The notes under the pieces were generated by a model. It had not been told where the DNA came from. It saw nothing but the letters and a program-made list of their open reading frames with translations, and did no database searches. A stretch of DNA of 64,000 nt from an uncultured bacterium (GTDB lineage: Bacteria > Patescibacteriota > Minisyncoccia > Phycocordibacterales > GCA-2401445): NCBI GenBank assembly GCA_937952265.1, contig CALFYW010000016.1:270661-334660 (forward strand), written 5' to 3'. Each line of letters starts with the position of its first letter. Positions within the stretch are counted from its first letter, which is position 1. The position numbers and the translations under genes are program-made. Of this stretch, positions 61,733-64,000 are shown in pieces.

Positions 61733-61912
61733 AAACCTCACGCAAGAGATCGTCACGTGCTGTTTCTGTTGAGGAGGAGCCGCATACCGATTGTTTTTGA
61801 GCGGACAATTCCTTTTCAGGATAATGAAGTGCCGATCTTCATCAAAGGGGTAAAAAAAATCGAGAGAAAATCACGAGAGAAAACATACCAGGTGAGGTTC
61901 TAAGAACCCACT
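61733..61912 (+). CDS. Small basic protein (59 aa)
   Basis: GGAGGAGG 6 nt before the ATG; palindromic hairpin at 61927-61955 shared with trxB; below the ORF-track cutoff. Confidence 0.3.
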
Positions 61913-61953
61913 TAATGTTTGTCACTAATACGCATATTCTATAGATATGCGTA

Positions 61954-62877
61954 TTATTTTGTATGCAAGAAGAGGTAGATGTCTTCCAGCGCTTTTACCG
62001 CGTCTCCGGCGGCAATATTGTTTTGGTGGTAGAGGGCGTCAGTACAGTCGCCTGCTGCCCAAATGCCAGTAACTGATGCTCGTTGGGTTCGTGGATCAGT
62101 AATAATATGACCCCATTTATCAAGGGTGAGGATATCTTTTACAAAACCAGTGGTTGGAATAAGCCCAATTTCAACAAAAATTCCATCTGTTTTGAGAGCA
62201 ACTTCTTTTCCTGTATTGTTGTCTTTATAGGTGAGCCCAGTTACAAAAGTATCGCCAGTAATTTTGATCAGTTCAGTATTCGTGATACCAGTCATTTTCT
62301 CATTTTTGAGTACTCGATCTACGGTAACGGGATCAGCTCGGTATTGTGGTCCTCGTTGTAAGAGGGTAACACTCTTGGTGTATGCTAAAAGTTGCGCTGC
62401 GGTTTCAAACCCCGCATTACCTCCACCAATAACCACGACATCTTTATCAGAAAAAAGAGGGCCGTCGCATGTTGCGCAATAGGTAATACCTTTATTTTCA
62501 AATTCTTCTGCTCCCGGAATATCAAGTTTTCGCCGGTGGCTTCCAGTGGTAACAAGCACTGTTTTTGCTTCATAGGATCCTCCGTTTTGTGTGGTAACTA
62601 CAAAATTGGAGTCTTTTTTCTCCACGCGAGCAACTTTTTCTCCTTCGTGGATTGAAACAATGTCTCCCGCGTACGCTTCAAGATGTTTTTTCAAGGATTC
62701 GGCGAGTGCTTGTCCACTAATAGAGATGGTGCCGATCCAGTTTTGGATATCTTCTGAAACAATACTTTGTCCGCCAAATGAGTCTGTGATGAAGGCAGTT
62801 TTTAGACGTTTTCGAGAGGCGTACACACCTGCCGCAACACCTGCTGGTCCACCGCCGATAATAATGAGGTCATGCAT
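61954..62877 (-). CDS. trxB: Thioredoxin-disulfide reductase
   Basis: IIIGGGPAGVAAGVYASR FAD site, redox CATCDGPLF, VVVIGGGNAGFETA NADPH site. Confidence 0.9.
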   Translation of the reverse strand: MHDLIIIGGGPAGVAAGVYASRKRLKTAFITDSFGGQSIVSEDIQNWIGTISISGQALAESLKKHLEAYAGDIVSIHEGEKVARVEKKDSNFVVTTQNGGSYEAKTVLVTTGSHRRKLDIPGAEEFENKGITYCATCDGPLFSDKDVVVIGGGNAGFETAAQLLAYTKSVTLLQRGPQYRADPVTVDRVLKNEKMTGITNTELIKITGDTFVTGLTYKDNNTGKEVALKTDGIFVEIGLIPTTGFVKDILTLDKWGHIITDPRTQRASVTGIWAAGDCTDALYHQNNIAAGDAVKALEDIYLFLHTK

Positions 62878-62969
62878 AAAAAAGAAATTATCTATGGATA
62901 AAAAAATAAATAGTCAAAGTAAAGTATAACAAGCTCACAACCAGAGAGCAATTTAATAAGAGAGATTGT

Positions 62970-64000
62970 CTACTTGAGTTTTGATCTTCGTAGAAATGCT
63001 GGCACTACCCCCCAATCGCTGTCATCATCATCGTCCTTAAATTTCTTTTCTTCGGTCGGTTTTTTTGCAGGCTCTCGATTCGCGGTCGGCGCTTCCTTCT
63101 CTTTTTCCTTGGTGGGCATTGGGTTATAGATTTTCCCGCGTGACTCTTCTTTTGCAAGTGCCTCTGGTTGTTCTCGTTGAGGAAAGAGCGACGCGCGAGC
63201 TCCCATTGATTGCTCTGGAAAACCTGATGCAATTACCGTTACTTTTATTTCACCTTTCTTAAGTTTTTCGTCACGGATTGCCCCGAAAATTACCTTCGCA
63301 TTAGGATCAATCGATTCAGTAATGTGTTTTGCAGCTTCTTGGATTTCATGCATGGTCATATCATCACCGCCAGCAATGGCGAAGAGAACCCCTTTTGCTC
63401 CGGTGATTGAAATATCAAGTAGGGGAGAGTTAATCGCAGACCGTGCGGCATCCTCAGCTCGTTTTTCACCGGTGGCAGTACCGATACCCATAAGCGCAGA
63501 ACCGGCGCTTTTCATAATGGCTCGAATGTCAGCAAAGTCGACATTAATGATACCTGGGGTGGTGATGAGATCAGAGATTCCTTCCACTGCATTTTTGAGG
63601 ACTTCATCGCAGAGGGAGAACGCGTTTTTTAAGGTTGTTTCTTTTTCAACAATAGCAAGGAGTCGGTCGTTAGGAATGATAATAATTGCATCAACTTCTC
63701 TACGCAGTTCTTCGAGCGCGTGATCAGCGACTTGGCCTCGTTGCGCTCCTTCAAATGAGAATGGTTTGGTGATAACCGCGACGGTAAGCGCGCCAAGCTC
63801 ACGTGCTGTTTTTGCAACCACCGGACTTGCGCCACTTCCGGTACCCCCACCAAGTCCGCATGCAATAAAGACCATATCCGCGCCTTTTACCACTTCCTGA
63901 ATTTCTTCTTTAGTTTCTTCCGCGGCGCGTCGCCCGACCTCAGCATTCATGCCAGTTCCAAGTCCACGAGTGAGATTTTTCCCAATATGTATTTTTCTTT
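62970..64000 (-). CDS. ftsZ: Cell division GTPase FtsZ (N-terminus beyond window end)
   Basis: GGGTGSGASPVVAKTARE tubulin signature; the reading frame stays open past 63950 (..IHIGKNLTRGLGTGMNAEVGRRAAEE); C-terminal conserved DDDSDWGVVPAFLRR tail. Confidence 0.9.
   Translation of the reverse strand, partial: RKIHIGKNLTRGLGTGMNAEVGRRAAEETKEEIQEVVKGADMVFIACGLGGGTGSGASPVVAKTARELGALTVAVITKPFSFEGAQRGQVADHALEELRREVDAIIIIPNDRLLAIVEKETTLKNAFSLCDEVLKNAVEGISDLITTPGIINVDFADIRAIMKSAGSALMGIGTATGEKRAEDAARSAINSPLLDISITGAKGVLFAIAGGDDMTMHEIQEAAKHITESIDPNAKVIFGAIRDEKLKKGEIKVTVIASGFPEQSMGARASLFPQREQPEALAKEESRGKIYNPMPTKEKEKEAPTANREPAKKPTEEKKFKDDDDDSDWGVVPAFLRRSKLK

Overview
The window is a gene-dense, mostly + strand fragment of a small bacterial genome (about 40-45% GC). 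Several hallmarks suggest a Candidate Phyla Radiation (Parcubacteria-like) organism: rRNA genes with introns, unlinked rRNA genes, no rplA next to rplK, truncated tRNA synthetases, and almost no Shine-Dalgarno motifs upstream of genes. The coding content is core machinery.

- **Translation and nucleic-acid machinery:** nusG(partial)-rplK, rplJ-rplL, rpsF-ssb-rpsR, efp, tsaD, five aminoacyl-tRNA synthetases (argS, ileS, glyQS, metG, valS) and recO/recA.
- **Division, secretion and envelope:** ftsK, ftsW-like, ftsZ(partial), secD/secF, and a glycosyltransferase/sugar-transferase pair.
- **Thymidylate/folate module:** folA, dcd, thyA, glyA and folD.
- **Stable RNAs:** a 23S-5S rRNA pair and, 9 kb downstream, a separate 16S gene. 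The 23S carries three introns (two with LAGLIDADG homing endonuclease ORFs) and a duplicated hairpin insertion. There are five tRNAs (Ile, Phe, Ser, Glu, Val).

The features most worth a second look are:

- IleS has a complete histidine-phosphatase domain inserted in its catalytic core.
- The 16S 3' tail has no recognisable CCUCC anti-SD, yet four small basic ORFs next to RNA genes carry perfect GGAGG Shine-Dalgarno sites and terminators.
- A highly expressed-looking 1203-aa secreted surface protein has a peptidoglycan-binding domain and a 780-bp AT-rich leader.
- A protein with a PEP-CTERM-like sorting tail has no exosortase in view.
- An ORF-free, hairpin-rich 380-nt segment follows tRNA-Ile.

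No CRISPR array, transposase or integrase was seen.
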